DNA from: Chrysomallon squamiferum
Taxonomy: Eukaryota > Animalia > Mollusca
DNA: 64,000 nt
Assembly: GCA_012295275.1 (NCBI GenBank)
Contig: CM022678.1
Coordinates: forward strand, 5,766,001 to 5,830,000
Reading direction: 5' to 3'
In this document: piece after piece, positions 13,694 through 28,049 of the stretch
Layout: each line of letters begins with the position of its first letter
Position numbering within the stretch: the stretch's first letter is position 1
Notes under the pieces: generated by a model
Told to the model about the DNA's origin: nothing
Databases searched by the model: none
Seen by the model: only the letters and a program-made list of their open reading frames with translations
Program-made: the position numbers and the translations under genes

Positions 13694-14429
13694 GTGAGTT
13701 CTTTGCTATCAGTGTTTTTTTTTTTTACTTTTCTTTGTTATCTTTCACAATTTCATCTTTGTTGGATGTATCAGCATCAGGCTGGCTACCAGGCTGTGAA
13801 TCTAAGACTAGTGGTGTCAGTTTGTTGAGCATGGTTCAGTTTGTAAACAGAGTCGGGAAGAAAGAGAAAAATAATAAAATGTTTGTCTGACAAGTGGTAA
13901 AGAAGAAGAAGAAGAAGAAGAAGTAGAAGAAGAAAAAAAAAAATTAAAAAAAAAAAAAAAAAGAAGAAAGATTGTTTTAAAATTGGCAAGTAAAGTTTGC
14001 CAACTGTTGATTAATTTATGGAAAATTTTGTTGTGAAAATAATTTTCATTATTACTGGTGTTTGCAGGTTTTAAGTTTTAAGGTTTTAAAATTATGGAAA
14101 ATGTATGAGAATTCATCTGTCTGTTTGTCTGTCTTGTTTGTCAGTCTGTCAGGTTGCCTGCTAATGAGGGATAACACAAACCATGCCACCTTTGGCAATT
14201 AAGTATTATATGATTGTTTTTGCAAAAGCAGAAGAGGCTTTTTCTGCAAATGGAAGAGCATTTTTCTAATTCATGATGAGTCATAGAATATATATACACC
14301 AAAATTAACAACCATCATGTTATTTCCCAATCTAACATTTGTTCCATACATTGCATGTCAGGAATCTTACATCACATCTGCTGTCATGTCTTGGGACTTA
14401 ATTAAGCCACATTAATTCATTTTAAGTTA

Positions 14430-15150
14430 AGTTAATACCAATCATATAATACCAAGAACAGATCTATATTAGATCTTGTAAAATAGATACAGATCATAAC
14501 TGAAGCACGAAAACTAAATATTATTATTAAAATCAAACTTAAGATAATTCGACATATCAACCCATTTTTTATTAAAATTAATGTCTTAATCCTTTGAGAC
14601 CTTGGTACCAGTACTAAAAGGTTTCTTATTTTCATATATGATGTAGCATATATCATTTAACTGGGAACTGAAATCAGGTTGCATTATGGCATATATGAAG
14701 GCAGTAATCTTTGCCCATTGATAATTCATGCATTGGATTTATCTTTCCCCTTGATGTGGTAAGCAAGATGTCTGCTGCTCTGTTGCAACAAAAACAAAAC
14801 AGAAAAAAAGAAGAAAAGTAAAAAATAAGGTGTGTTGAGTGTGTTTTGTGTGAAAAATTGTGTGAATTTTCATTACGAAATGGGCAGAGCCACAAACCAG
14901 ACATTCCATGGCAGAAACGTAAACATGCTGCATTATTCACAATGCAAGAGGTAATAGGTTATTTCTGATGAATGATCAGGACATTCTGAAAGTGATGGAG
15001 AGTTATAGTTCTTATGACTGACTTGGATAGATGTTGCAGTTAGGGGCCAGGCAAAATAGGGAAAGTTAAGGATCAACTGTTGAAAGAGGTATGTCCCTTG
15101 TGATTCAGGTCTTGTAAATATTGCAGTACATGTTGAGAATTCTTTATCCA
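14430..15150 (-). mobile_element. Possible 3' end of a LINE ORF2 (Cys/His knuckle), interrupted by a SINE-like copy
   Basis: Minus-strand NSPSLSECPDHSSEITYYLLHC resembles the C-terminal SPxCxCG..ExxxHxLLxC motif. Very degenerate. Confidence 0.25.
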
Positions 15151-16851
15151 ACAGCTTTGGGTATTTTTTGGGTTTTGGAATATAAGTAAATAGCTTGAAA
15201 AAAACAACAAGAGTCCTTTTATCTAAATATGAATTCCATTTATATTTTTATATTACATTTTTTTTTTAATTTTGTGCATAAAATAAATTTGCATATGGAA
15301 AACAATCTGAAAACCTGTAAGATATCACTATTTCTGCTGCTTGGAAAAAGTTTTTGATTTTGGAGCTTTTCAGTTTTTGAATTTTATACAAGGGATTCTC
15401 CTGAACCTGTATCCACAAATCTGAATCCAAGCATTTGATGACAAAGTAAGCCTCTCTGTTAGTCTTCTACAACTCAGAACGTTGCTGTCTTTGTACATAT
15501 TTGTTGTAGAAAGCCTGCAGATGTATCTGTAATTTTTTTGAGGTTTAAACTTGTAGGAACTGAAATATGGGTTCATGGTAGTACCAGAAGCTTAGGACCC
15601 AAAGGGTTAAACACATAATTATAGAATGTTATATTGACTGTTTTTTATTAAAATAATTATGGGAAAATTGTTTGATTTCATCCACATAACAATTTTAATT
15701 TAAACCCATTTTATATAATTTTATGCTGAAAAATGGCATCTGGCGTTAAAATTAAAGAGTATATTTTTAATAGAATCATTGTGATGAAATTATTTTAGAT
15801 TCCATGCACTTGCGATTTTAATTTGAACTCATTCATAATAAAGGTTTATAAGGCACACAGACATCTGAGTAAAATCAAAGCACTCATTAATTCATATATA
15901 ATACAAGGTTTATTAATTTACAAGATTCTCAATAAGAAGATGTATCATGTCCAAATCCATTTATGTATAAAGGCTTATATTAATGTCAAATCGTTTTATA
16001 TTAATACCAAATGCACTATTTAACAAGACATTTCAATTTAAAATTCTTTACATAAGTAAATAAATATATATATATATATATATATAAACATTAATACATT
16101 AATGTAAATTCTATATACATAAGAATTTAAAATCTCTAAGAAAATAAAGAAATAAAAAAGAACCATTGATTAAAGATAAATCAAATCCAAAAGGTTAACA
16201 AACTCTGTTTTTTCAATTAAAAATTTATCTATATTTCAATCTTTACTTTTCTTCATTATCTATTTTTGTGTGTGTGCACGTGTGTGTGTGTTTTGTTTTT
16301 TTAATTTTTATTATTGTTCTTTTTATCATCACAAATACTTTTACATCATCTGCCATTTTAGTTTGCTCAGAGTTATGTGGTTATTGATTTCTGCTTAAGT
16401 CATCGATACCAGATTCTATTTCCAGAACCTGCAGATACGTTCTAGATGTATAACTGTATTTGTAGTGTAATAATCAATGTACATATCTCATCTGGCAATC
16501 TCTTTTTCCTCCACTGTACTTGACAGGGAATATTATTTGCCAAACAAGATGGCTCAGAATTAATTCTTTTGTTCGAATTTTGTTTATCGTTTTCACGGAA
16601 GTGCACCGTTAGTCATCATTTGGATTACATCTGGCACGATTGAGAATGTTCCAGCTTTTCAACGAGTGTAATAATGTAATGTAAACTACATTAAATATTT
16701 CTCAAACAAAAAAAAAAAAAAATAATAAAATGGATGATTTAGCTATCATTCAGATTTTTGTTGTTGCATGGACTGATGGTTCTCGCACACACATTCAACA
16801 TACACACATACACAGTCGTGTGTATACACTATTTGTGTCTATATGTATATA

Positions 16852-16896
<45 letters not shown>

Positions 16897-16897
16897 C

Positions 16898-16935
<38 letters not shown>

Positions 16936-18746
16936 TTATTTGCATGGGGTGTTACAAACTGGTCAATTATCCATTTACCTACAAACAATTCCACACAAAC
17001 AGTGCATTAAACCTTGCACTGCAGTGTCCTGTTTCTGGGTAGGTACAGATTAAAAATTCCTTGCTGCTAATCTGTATCAGTTGCTCATGAAGTGGTTGCA
17101 GTCTTTTCCTCCTCGTTATCAAATTTCCCATTCCAACCAAAGCCTCATATTGTTGTATCAAAGATAAGAGATGTATGCAGTCCTCTTTATGAGAAGGTAT
17201 AAATAAAAGGTCACTTGTTGCTAATCTCCCCAAAAAGACTGGTCTTTTTGTTTTAACCATTTTTTGTGTGACATTGCATGAACAGACGCACACTCACACA
17301 CAGATACAAGCATACAGACAGACAGACAGACACACAATATTATTACTAAAATTAAGTGGAAAGTTAAAGTGTTAATTTGGTATTTGAACATCAGGGGATA
17401 CATTTCCGTGCCAAGCCTCAATATTAATTATTATTATTTTAAAAAATATATCTTTTTTGACATTTCACATTTACTTAAAACTTTTGTGTTGCCAAAATAA
17501 TCATTGTAATATATTTTGCTAAATTGCAAAATACACATGCACCTGCTAATGTATTCTGTTTATTCTAAATAAATAATAAAAAATAAAAAATAATAATAAT
17601 AATAAAAGAAAGAAAACTATTTATTTTTTTGAGTTGTACAAAAAAAAAGAATTAATCAAAACAATTAATCAAATTAAACAATAAAAATATTAATAATTTA
17701 TGATTAATTTACTTAATTATTTTTATATTTGAATTTTATTTATTTGCTCATTTAATTATTTATTCTTTCAGTCATTCAATTATTGTTATTATTATTATTA
17801 TTATTATTTTATTCAAAAGGTACATTTATGCACTGCCTGAGTCAGCCTGCAGCAAATATCAGTTAAATAGCATCTTCTATAAATACACATGCAGTTTTAT
17901 TTCATTAATGCATCCGGATGATTAAAAACTAACAAATAAGTGTATTGCAGTTCAGTGTGTAACAGCCGTCCAGTATTTGCAAGTTATTTTAATTACTGAT
18001 GAAAGAAAACTCCACTGTTTACTTTAATATATAGTTACCATTTTTAATAAGCTGCCATTGTTGTTTAGATATGCACCTAAAAGTACATTTGGTTAATATT
18101 TGTAATTTTCTATCTTTTTATTATTATTATTTTTTTTTTTTTTATTTTTAAAAAAAAAACAAAAAAAAATGTCGTTATATTTATGTTTGTCTTTTTTCTT
18201 GCTTTTAATTATTTTTTTTTTTTAATTTTAATTTTTGATTTTTTTTTAAATTTTATTTTATTTATTTATTTTAAAAACATATATTCACTTCATTTTTGTC
18301 ATTGTATATCTTTTTTTTATCTTGTTTTTATTTATTTATTATTTTAAAAATATTTTTATAAATGCATATCTGTATAAGATCTTGTTCCTTAATTGTTTTA
18401 CAAGTCAATATTGACTTAAATATTTTTAATTACATACATTATTTATTTTTGTAGTTCTAATTTTCTATTTTGTTTTTCTTAATTTACAAAAAAAAATTTT
18501 TAATTTCTTTTCTGCATAAATGTAATTTAGCATCTATTTTTCTTTGGTAACTGTATCTAGCTGTAACTGCAATGATACAAGTCCATGAACTTGAACTGAT
18601 GGTTTTAGCATAGACAGCTTTACAAAAATACATTTGTTATTGCTGATTTATCTAAGTATTATATTTTATTATTTTATTTTTTTTTTTTTTTTCCAAACAT
18701 TACCTATATTGCTTTATTTGTGTGCATTCACTATAATAAAAATAAA

Positions 18747-18777
<31 letters not shown>

Positions 18778-18870
18778 AAATTAGAAAAACAAGCAGGTAA
18801 GAAATTCAGAATTCCTAAATACTTTTCCTACAAAGAAAATGATATCACAAATGTTGTTTTCTTTTTCTTC

Positions 18871-18907
<37 letters not shown>

Positions 18908-19794
18908 TACTTTTCTTTCTTTATTGTTTTATTAAAACCTTTTCTCTTGTGGATTTTGAAAATGCAGTAAAAATGAATAAATAATTAACAGAATCACAAC
19001 ACAGAAGAAATCTAGTGAGATATGGGAATCTCATTTTTGATCTTTTTGAAAAGTTTGAGTAATCTTGAAAATTCAAAGATTCATTTCTGTGTGAACTATG
19101 CAACAAAAATTGCATGAAGACTAATTCTTCAACCTTTTATACACTTTATTTCTGAAAACATTTTAAGTTTGTTTTATTTATTTTTTTATTATTATTATTA
19201 TTTTTTTTCTAAATACACATTATAGATATTCATCCAATCTTGAAAACTTTTTAAAACAATTATTTTTAAAATTATATTTACTCTAAACATCTTGTTGACT
19301 AATTTGAGAAGAATGATTGGAAAGAGATTGAATTACAATCTCACTGAAACAAATTGCAAATGAGATTAACCACATGCTGTATTGTTGTTATTATTGTTTT
19401 TTTGGGTTTATTTTTAGTGTGTTTTTCTTTTCTTTATTTTAATGGGGGTTTTTATATATATGTATATTGTTTTTGTTTGTTTGTTTGTCTTTTTTTTTTT
19501 ATGGGAGGTTATTGTTGTTGTTTTGTTTTATTGTTTTTTTTTGTTATTTATTGTGAACTAAATCTAGAGTTTCTGATACCAGACTTTGAAACTCAGTTAA
19601 CACCTGTTTAATTAATATAAAATGGCTATTATACATTATCCAGTGTGTATTGAAGTGCACCTGTGAATATACAAATAAATTGTATAATAAAAACTCAGGT
19701 ATTTCCTTACTGTCATTGTACTGTTTCTGGTGACCTTTCACTGTTCATTAAAGCATGACATTCAAATAATATTGTTAGGAAATAACTACATATA

Positions 19795-20130
19795 TGTCAT
19801 ATTACATCATAACAACTGGTGTTATGAGGTCATCACAAACTTGCAGTTCAACAAATTTATGCTTCCACATTATTATTGTATTGGTTTAGGTCAATACAAT
19901 GAAAGTGTGACAATAAAACAATACTGTTAGAAAATGACTGATTACTGTCACATTACATCATCACAACTGGTGTTATGAGGTCATCACAAACATAGTAGAC
20001 TTGTAGTTAAACAAATTTATACTTCCACATTATTATTGTATTGGTTTAGGTCACATGAAAAGTGTGATAATTAAATAATAACTGTTAGAAAATAATTGAT
20101 TGCTGCCATATTACATCATCACAACCAAAG
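19795..20130. repeat. ~155-bp tandem repeat, ~2.3 copies
   Basis: ATTACATCAT.ACAACTGGTGTTATGAGGTCATCACAAAC...CTTCCACATTATTATTGTATTGGTTTAGGTCA at ~19800 and 19952, partial at ~20110. Confidence 0.9.
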
Positions 20131-20595
20131 TGATTATATCATCACAATCATAACAGACTTTTATTTTTCTGACAACTCTTAAAGATACTTTATCCCAAAC
20201 TGTTCCACAATGAATGCAATCTTGTGACTACAGCCTGAAAAGATTCACTGATATTTTAAAACTGTTCTCTGTTATTGTAATACTTTATTATTAATTAAGA
20301 CTGGACAGCAAAAACCCTGAATGAAACGTAACTTAGAATGTTTCCTCGTATCAGCAAAGTTACATTTACAGCTGTATCTTGTGTTGTATATGTATTTATG
20401 CTCTGAATAGTTTATATTTAGTACCACAATCCATCTTGTTTAAACCTACTCCATTATGGTTTGTCTGTGTTCGGCATTGTCCATTAATCATGTTAATTTA
20501 TATTTATGAACCTCTGTATAATTGATTGTTCCATCTGTCCATTGGTCAGAGCATCTGTTTCTTTGGTCCTGTGTGTATTCATCCATTTTTCTCTC

Positions 20596-20642
<47 letters not shown>

Positions 20643-20919
20643 TTCATTGATTCACATAATATATAAATATTGTTTTCATTCTGTTGTGGACATACGATAA
20701 ATTTTCTACTTTGTTTTATTTCTGTTTGATCCATCCTGTATCTTTCCATCAGCTGTCAACATATCTATCCATCCATCTATTCCCTTTAGACTCTGCATTT
20801 CTTACTTCTGTCAAGCTTTAAGCCTTAGCTGTTCAAAGGCGGAACTAGATTCAATAATACATGTAGACATTTAACATCCCTTATGTTATGGTTATTTTAA
20901 GTGTTAAATCATGAAATCT

Positions 20920-21325
20920 TTTAGTTAAGCTACTTAAAAGGTTCGAACCCAGTACCTCTTTAAAATCTAATTTTTTTTTTTTTTAAGCTATTTAGTAATA
21001 TTGAAGTTGTAGTCTAAACCATTTTCAAAATTTCTGACTATTTTCCAAAGCAACTTTCTGGGTTTGAGACCTGCTGCAGTATATTTGGTCTAAGCTACTT
21101 TTAGGGTTGGGAAAAAAAACTTTCTGTTTAACATCAACCCTTTTTTTTCTGAGCTATTTAACAACACAGAAGCCCAAATCTAAGTTAATTTCAGTGTTTG
21201 ATCCATGCATCCTGTTTAACACAGAATCTTTTGTCTAAGCCACTTTCAGATTTTGAACTCGATAAACTCTGTATCTTGGAATCTTCTATCAAAGCCGCTT
21301 TCAAGATTTGAACCCAGCATCCTCT

Positions 21326-21330
<5 letters not shown>
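20920..21330. repeat. Old degenerate ~55-bp tandem array
   Basis: Recurring (C/T)TAAGCTACTTT...G(G/A)TTTGAAC(C/T)C motifs. Confidence 0.5.
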
Positions 21331-21360
<30 letters not shown>

Positions 21361-21539
21361 TTTTGTGGTCTAATGTTTAACGTCCTAAAAACAGGTACAC
21401 AATCAATTTCTCTCAAGCAAGTTTGTTTTGGTAACACACCAACAAAGTAAGGCAAATCAATCCGTTTTTAAATTGTTCATTTACCTTAATTTCCCACAGA
21501 ACAATGCAAGTACTGTAATTAATTTACTGTTAGTCAGCT

Positions 21540-21695
21540 GTCAATTAAGCTGTGTTTCATGCATTGTGTTAAATCATTGATGAATAAAGCAAATAACATT
21601 GGCCTAAGCGTTGACCCCCTCTGGCACGCCAGTATGAATTGGTGAACACTTAAATTGAGCATCGCCGATAGCAACTGCATGCGACCTTCAAAGGA
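21540..21695 (-). mobile_element. Decayed CR1/L2-type LINE reverse transcriptase fragment
   Basis: The minus strand with two frameshifts reads EGRMQ/AIGDAQFKCSPIHTGVPEG/STLRPMLFALFINDLTQC, matching the non-LTR RT motif GVPQGSxLGPxLFxxxINDL. Confidence 0.8.
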
Positions 21696-21960
21696 GGGTG
21701 GGTTATTTTGTTTGTATTTTTCGAGAGGTGAATTGGAATAATTAAAGGTTAACAAAACTGTTGAATGGATAGGAATATAGAAAAAACACACGCACATGCG
21801 TGCTCACACATACACACACACACACACATGCACACACACAAATATGTAAAAGTGTATGAATGTTTTTTTATATTGTTTTATTTGTTGTATTTTAGTAGTT
21901 TGCTTATCATTAGTTACAGCTAGCAATATCTCTAGTAATAATACTTTAAATAGATTTTCT

Positions 21961-21995
<35 letters not shown>

Positions 21996-22810
21996 TGCAT
22001 GTATGTATGTATGAGCTTGTGCATATATATGAATATATATATATGTCCATGTGTTTGTGTATGTGTGTTTGAGCATGCTTGTTCCTACTGTGCGCATGTG
22101 TGTGTGTAAGTGTGTGTGTGTGTGTGTTTTTATTTAAATGTACATGATCATAGTCTATGTTTGTAAATCTCTATGTATGAACACATATATTCCCAAGGGG
22201 AGGGGGAGAAAGAAAGAAAAATGAAAAAAAAAAAAAAAAAAATTGATTATTGTTATTTTCAAATCCTCAAGAGAGAACTTCAAATCATTACACAATTTAC
22301 CTTCCAGATCGATGTGATGAATTTATTCCACCATGGGTTCAGCCAGAGCAGTGATCACTGATGCTTGTCTGATAATTAATTAGAAAATTTAATGTCACGC
22401 ATAACGATATCTATTTATTTTATCAAGTCACAATGACACAAACACGCAGTTGTCACTCGTTAGTAAATAATTATTATTATTTATCGCAGGGTATTTCTGA
22501 ACATTTCTAATTGTTAGTTGTTATTTTATTATTATTTTATTATTATTTTATTATTATTATTATTATTATTATTTTGAAAGTACTCCATGTTATTCTGTTT
22601 TAACAATGGCATTTTTAATCTCTGAAAAAATAAAGTGAAATAAAGTAGATTTTTGTTACCATTGAGTTTTGACATTATATTCAGTATATTTAACTATGCT
22701 TCAATATTTTTTATTTTTTATTTTTTTAAAAGCTTCATCTTTTTATTTTAATATTATTATTTTTTTTAAAATATTTTTCTTCTTCTTCAATTCTTTGTTT
22801 TAGGAATATT

Positions 22811-22836
22811 GTAGCTCAGTGGTTAGAGTGTTGGCC
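22811..22836 (+). mobile_element. tRNA-derived A-box fragment (truncated SINE head or tRNA relic)
   Basis: GTAGCTCAGTGGTTAGAGTGTTGGCC is a tRNA D-arm/A-box. There is no B-box or 3' half downstream. Confidence 0.5.
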
Positions 22837-24356
22837 TTTCTTTTCCAGGCATATATATAAGCATATCTTTTTTCTTTCTGTCAATTCTCTAGCCATTAGG
22901 CAATGTAGAATAACTTGTAGTTTGTAACTGAAAAATTATAGTAATTAGAATATATCTTGTTTAATTAAGTAGATATATATACTTCAGCAAATGAACAAGT
23001 CAGTATATTACTTTTTAAAGAGAATGGATTGGTAAGAATAACAGTAAGAAGAAAGTAGAAGAAAAGTAAGAACACTGGAGAAATGAAATGAAGAGACAAA
23101 AAAAATGTTGAAGTAGAAAAACAAGTATAACTTTTAAGAAGAAAAAAGGTGAAGGTAGAAAAAATGTTGAAGTCTGAAAAGAAAAGAATTTGAGTACAAA
23201 ATATGGAAATACAGAGGGTGAAGTTTAAAAAAAAAAAAAAAAAAATGTAGAAGGATTTAAAAAAAAAGAAAAAAAAAAAAAAAAAAGAAAGACAACAACA
23301 ACAAAAAAAAAAAAACACCCAACCAGACTTAACTAAACAACTGAATGGTTAACACAAACTCTAAAATAGCCCTTATCTCCCCCCACCACCACCACCACCA
23401 CCATCACCACCCTTGCCACAACACCAATTTTCTTAAGCAGAAAACAGTGCTAATAATAAAATTATTACGTTTTGTTTGTTTAAGGAAAACATTCTTGACT
23501 GCTCAGGCAATAAAAACATCTAATTATATTCTTTAGTGTCTTGACACATGTTTTCAGTTTCCGCTTTTTAACCTACACCAGTGAGTCAGGGAAAGGAGGA
23601 AAGTAAGACAGAATACTCTTTAAGATTTTTTTTTGCTTGCTTGCAGTTGGGGTAGGAGTGCACACATGTTTTTATTTAACTTGGAAAGAGCTGCATATAA
23701 TGTGTATCTGAGAAAACAGTTGTGATACTTATTGCTAATTTATTTGGTGTATCAAATTTCATAACACACACACACACACACACATATATCTATCTACATA
23801 CATACTTGGATATGGTTAGATGTATGAGTGTGTGTGTGTGTGTGGTAAAAGTGCGCACAGACTTACATTCATACGTTTATATAAACACACTTAAAAACAG
23901 ACAAATGAAGATACATACATATACACGTATACACATGCATATGTATACTCACAAAAAAAAACCAGACAGACAGACAGACAAACACACACACATTCACACA
24001 CAAATGCAAAAATTATGTTATGTTTAATCCCTAGTTCATGTTACCTCAGAAACATGTTTTTATGATTTATTCATAACTCAGTGTAGCATTCATTATGGAA
24101 TGAAGCCAGTGGTATTTTATTTATTTAACTTACTAATGACATTAGTAACATGATTTATTAGTGCTTTCATGAAAATGAATAATACGTAAACAGAAATAAA
24201 ATATAAAATAAAATAAATAAGTTAATAATAACATTAATGTTGTTGGGTAGGCCAAAACAGAATATCTAATTTAGATTATAACCTAATGAAAATATTGCTA
24301 GAGATCTGTTTGCGGTATGAAGTGTTTTAAACTCTGTGTGTATTTATTTATTTATT

Positions 24357-24439
<83 letters not shown>

Positions 24440-25369
24440 TTAGTTGTTTTCTTCTTTTTTTTACGGGGGTAGTTTTTTTTTTTCCACTGGGTAATAATAA
24501 AAAATAGTAAATAAATAAATAAAAATACACAGATATCTTAATTTTTCACTGGACAGCAACATACAGAAAGTAATATGCTTGTAAAACTGATAGTCTTTCT
24601 CGAGTTCTGTTTAACATTCCAAGCAAGAAGTGAAAACCTGATAAAATACTATTACCTCTGTCTGCCTCACAGTGTAGAGGAATAAAATCAAATTCCTTTC
24701 TGCTGAATAATCACTGCAAGTGCAATATGAAGTGTTCAAAAAGTGGGATTTCCCATCTGACCCATTCCACACACACACACACACCCAGACAGACAGAGAG
24801 ACAGACAGACAGACAAGAGTCAGTCATAGAATCTAAAAATAGAAATTTTTTAAATTTATAAATAGTTTTAGAAAATTGGCTTGGTTTTAGTTCCTTAATT
24901 CTCATCTGATATCTTGGTAGGTGAGATCAGAGATTTTGTTGTGTTTATGGCTGTATTAATATACTGGGAAAAAGATTTTGGTCAGTTTAGAAAGATTGAT
25001 TTAAAAAAAACTTGTGTTTCTCACAAAATGTTATATGTATGTATGTATGTATGTATGTAGAAATGCACACAGATACACACATATGGCCCAGTATATTATA
25101 CGAAAAGCAAAATTTCTTATCTCACTTGGATTGTTGATACTCTGAAGACCTGATAGGGGCATTCTTCAAGGATCAATCTTGTTATCTGTCTCTCTGTTTT
25201 CAAGTATGTGCAACAATAATGCATTGCCTAATGTGAGAAAAGCAGAAATTTGTTATCTTTATTGCCTTGTTAACAGATAACAGTCTTCTGATGTTGGGCA
25301 ATACATATTTAGTGGCTCTTATCCTCAAAGGGTTGTTCATTCTTTTGTCACTGTCTTGTTTAACCCATT

Positions 25370-25945
25370 AACGACAGACTTGGGGTGATCTTTTGACATC
25401 TGGCTACTTAAGTAAGAACAACAGTACATTGCCCTGATCAGACAGCAGAAAGTATGTTAACACATTGGCATGAGACATCAGAAGAGGATTTTTTTGACCT
25501 CTGGTCTAGTTCTGTAAAAGCAACAATAAACAGAAAATATAATATCTATGGTGATGTTAACCAACTGACAACAGTCCTAGGTGTTCTGATAGGAGTGAGT
25601 GAACCATTGAAATTCGGCTTCTGAAGTAAAAGCAAAAAAAATAAATTGGCCAGTATCGGGCAGGAGGAGAAACTATAATCTCCATTGCTGTGGTAAAACA
25701 TTAACAAACAGACATAGGTGTGTTGTGAAGAGTGATCTTTCGACATCTGGCATCTTAAGTAAAAGCAGCAATAAATTGCAGAATATCAGAAAGAAATCAC
25801 TATGGTCTGTGTTAGCACATTAACAAACAGACCTAGGTGTGTGTTGTGAGGAGTGGTCTTTTTTTTTTTTTTTTGACATCTGGCTTCTTAAGTAAGAACA
25901 ATAGTACAGTGTCCTGTAATCATCAGACAACAGAAACTGTGATCT
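25370..25945. repeat. Degenerate ~110-135-bp tandem array, ~5 copies
   Basis: Recurring ACATTAACAAACAGAC.TAGGTGTG...GATCTTTTGACATCTGGC.TCTTAAGTAA(G/A)A(A/G)CA. Confidence 0.75.
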
Positions 25946-26855
25946 CTGTGCGCTGCGGTTCCTAAAAGGTTATCACTAGTTAACGTTTTCTCACTCTGTC
26001 ATTGTGAGCAACTATGTTGATACCTAATGTTTTTACAGTTCGCTCTGTCTTTTCCAGATCTTCTCGTCCCGCAGATTAGAAAATTGCAGATATGTAGACT
26101 CTGTGAATGTGCTGGTGTGATTTGTTCCAGTGTCTGGGTTGAATAATGTATTGGTTATCGCTCAAAAGGTTAACATATTGACAGCTGATACAGATATTTT
26201 TTTGGTGGGGTGCTGATTTTGTGAACTTCAGCTTCTCGGGATAAGCGATTTAGAATAGAGACTGCTTACTCTTAAAAAGGTCAATGTACTGAAAACTATG
26301 AACACTCTTATGACCTGCCTATCCTCAGAAAAGTGATTTAGAAAAGTTAAATAAAATAAAAGAAGTATCTGTGTTAGTTTGATGTTTAAGGAAGGTTACG
26401 GAAATGATGAAAGAAGTGTTTTTGTTGTGGTTTTTTTTTTTAACGAAGCTCTCAACACATTTTTCACTATGTCATTCATACGCTAGCATTTACACTCATT
26501 CTTTAAAACACACTTCCCTGTTGTTGTTTTTTCTTGTGAAACAAACACAGATAAAAAAAAAATTAACACCCTCTTTTCAAGAAATTTTTCGGTGAAATCT
26601 AAATTAAGACAAAAGTTATTTATTGTTTTGCGAAGCTAGCGATAAAACTTTTCAAGCACCTTTCTCAATGAAATATTTATTGTATTTGCGAACCCGGGAA
26701 TATAACTCGCTGACTCCACCTTTTCAAGCTGATTTCATCTGGCAACGCTATATAGTATGAAATAGATGTTTGTTGTTTTTCAAACCATGGGGTTCCAGTT
26801 TCCAAGACATCTCTTGTTAAAGTTTGCAAGTATAATCTTAACTAGTAATCTAGTG

Positions 26856-26897
<42 letters not shown>

Positions 26898-27737
26898 GAC
26901 TGGTTATCCAGTACTCATACTTGTTTCATCAAAGACTGACTCAGTGACGTGAATATAAGCCTAGTATTACAATTGACTGTGTGTACTTTGTTTTTTTAAG
27001 GATAATGTTGGATTATTAATTTTTTTATGTACTAAATATATGATTACTTAACTTCATCTGTGCTGTTTGTTTTATGAGGTGATATGTCTTCAAAGAATTT
27101 ATTTGAACGAAAAGAAAAAAAAAAAAACCCTGAAAGATCAACAAAATATAAGCATGTTTAAACTTTCTCTATCTTTTGTGTGTCTGTCTCTCTGTCTGTC
27201 TGTGTGTGTGTGCATGTGTGTCTAAATGAAAAATTTGCTGTATATATATATATAAACATGGCGAGTGGGAGAGAGAATGGAGCCAAATGGTTTAATAATA
27301 ACTGTACAGTATATGTTTCTAAGATAAATATAAAAAGCAAATAACATCATATATTGTTATAGATTATTTGAGGTTAGATGCAGCTATAAATTAAATTAAA
27401 AGCTATTTTTGATTAAAAAAAATTCTGTAATGACATCACATATAGTTATATGAATATATCATTTTAGCCCATGTAATTAAGTTAAAGAAGCAAAAATGAA
27501 TTAATCAATGACAAATATGATCATACTTGCTCTGAAATTACAAAAAAAAAGTCTGTTAGATTGTTTGCTTGTGCCAAATACTCTACAAAATTATTGTACT
27601 ATATTTCTGAATGTACATCAATTGAAACTAGATTAATTGTGATTTCACACTTAAACACATTTGTGGGGTATTTTTTATGATGTAAAAACAAATGCATTTG
27701 AACAGATTTTTGCCTTAAATGCTTTTTTTTATATTAT

Positions 27738-27792
<55 letters not shown>

Positions 27793-28049
27793 TTCTGATA
27801 TCATTCACCCTCTACAAAGCAAACCAAAAAAAATAAATAAACAGAAGAAAAAAACAAAACAACTAACTAACTAATGATAAAAACCGATTTAAGGAGGAAA
27901 GCTTGGTTGGGGCTTTTTTGGGGGGTGTTGTGTTTATTTGTTTTGTTTTTTTAATTGTTTTTGTTGTTTTTAGTGGTGGTGGTGGTACGTATTTTGTTGC
28001 TGTTGATTTTTTAACTGCAAAATATTTTTTTTTTCTCCATTTTGCTAAA

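Noticed and set aside
15595-15610. piggyBac-like terminus (AAAGGGTTAA)
   Set aside because: No matching opposite terminus or transposase remnant found by eye.
18541-18630. miR-9-like sequence TCTTTGGT-aactg-TATCTAGCTGTA, with partial matches also at ~4232, 12260 and 59501
   Set aside because: Needs a 5-nt insertion relative to mature miR-9. The hairpin is loose with no recognisable star arm, and TATCTAGCT is common in this window.
22805-22880. tRNA gene
   Set aside because: Only the D-arm/A-box is present. No anticodon stem, T-arm or acceptor pairing.
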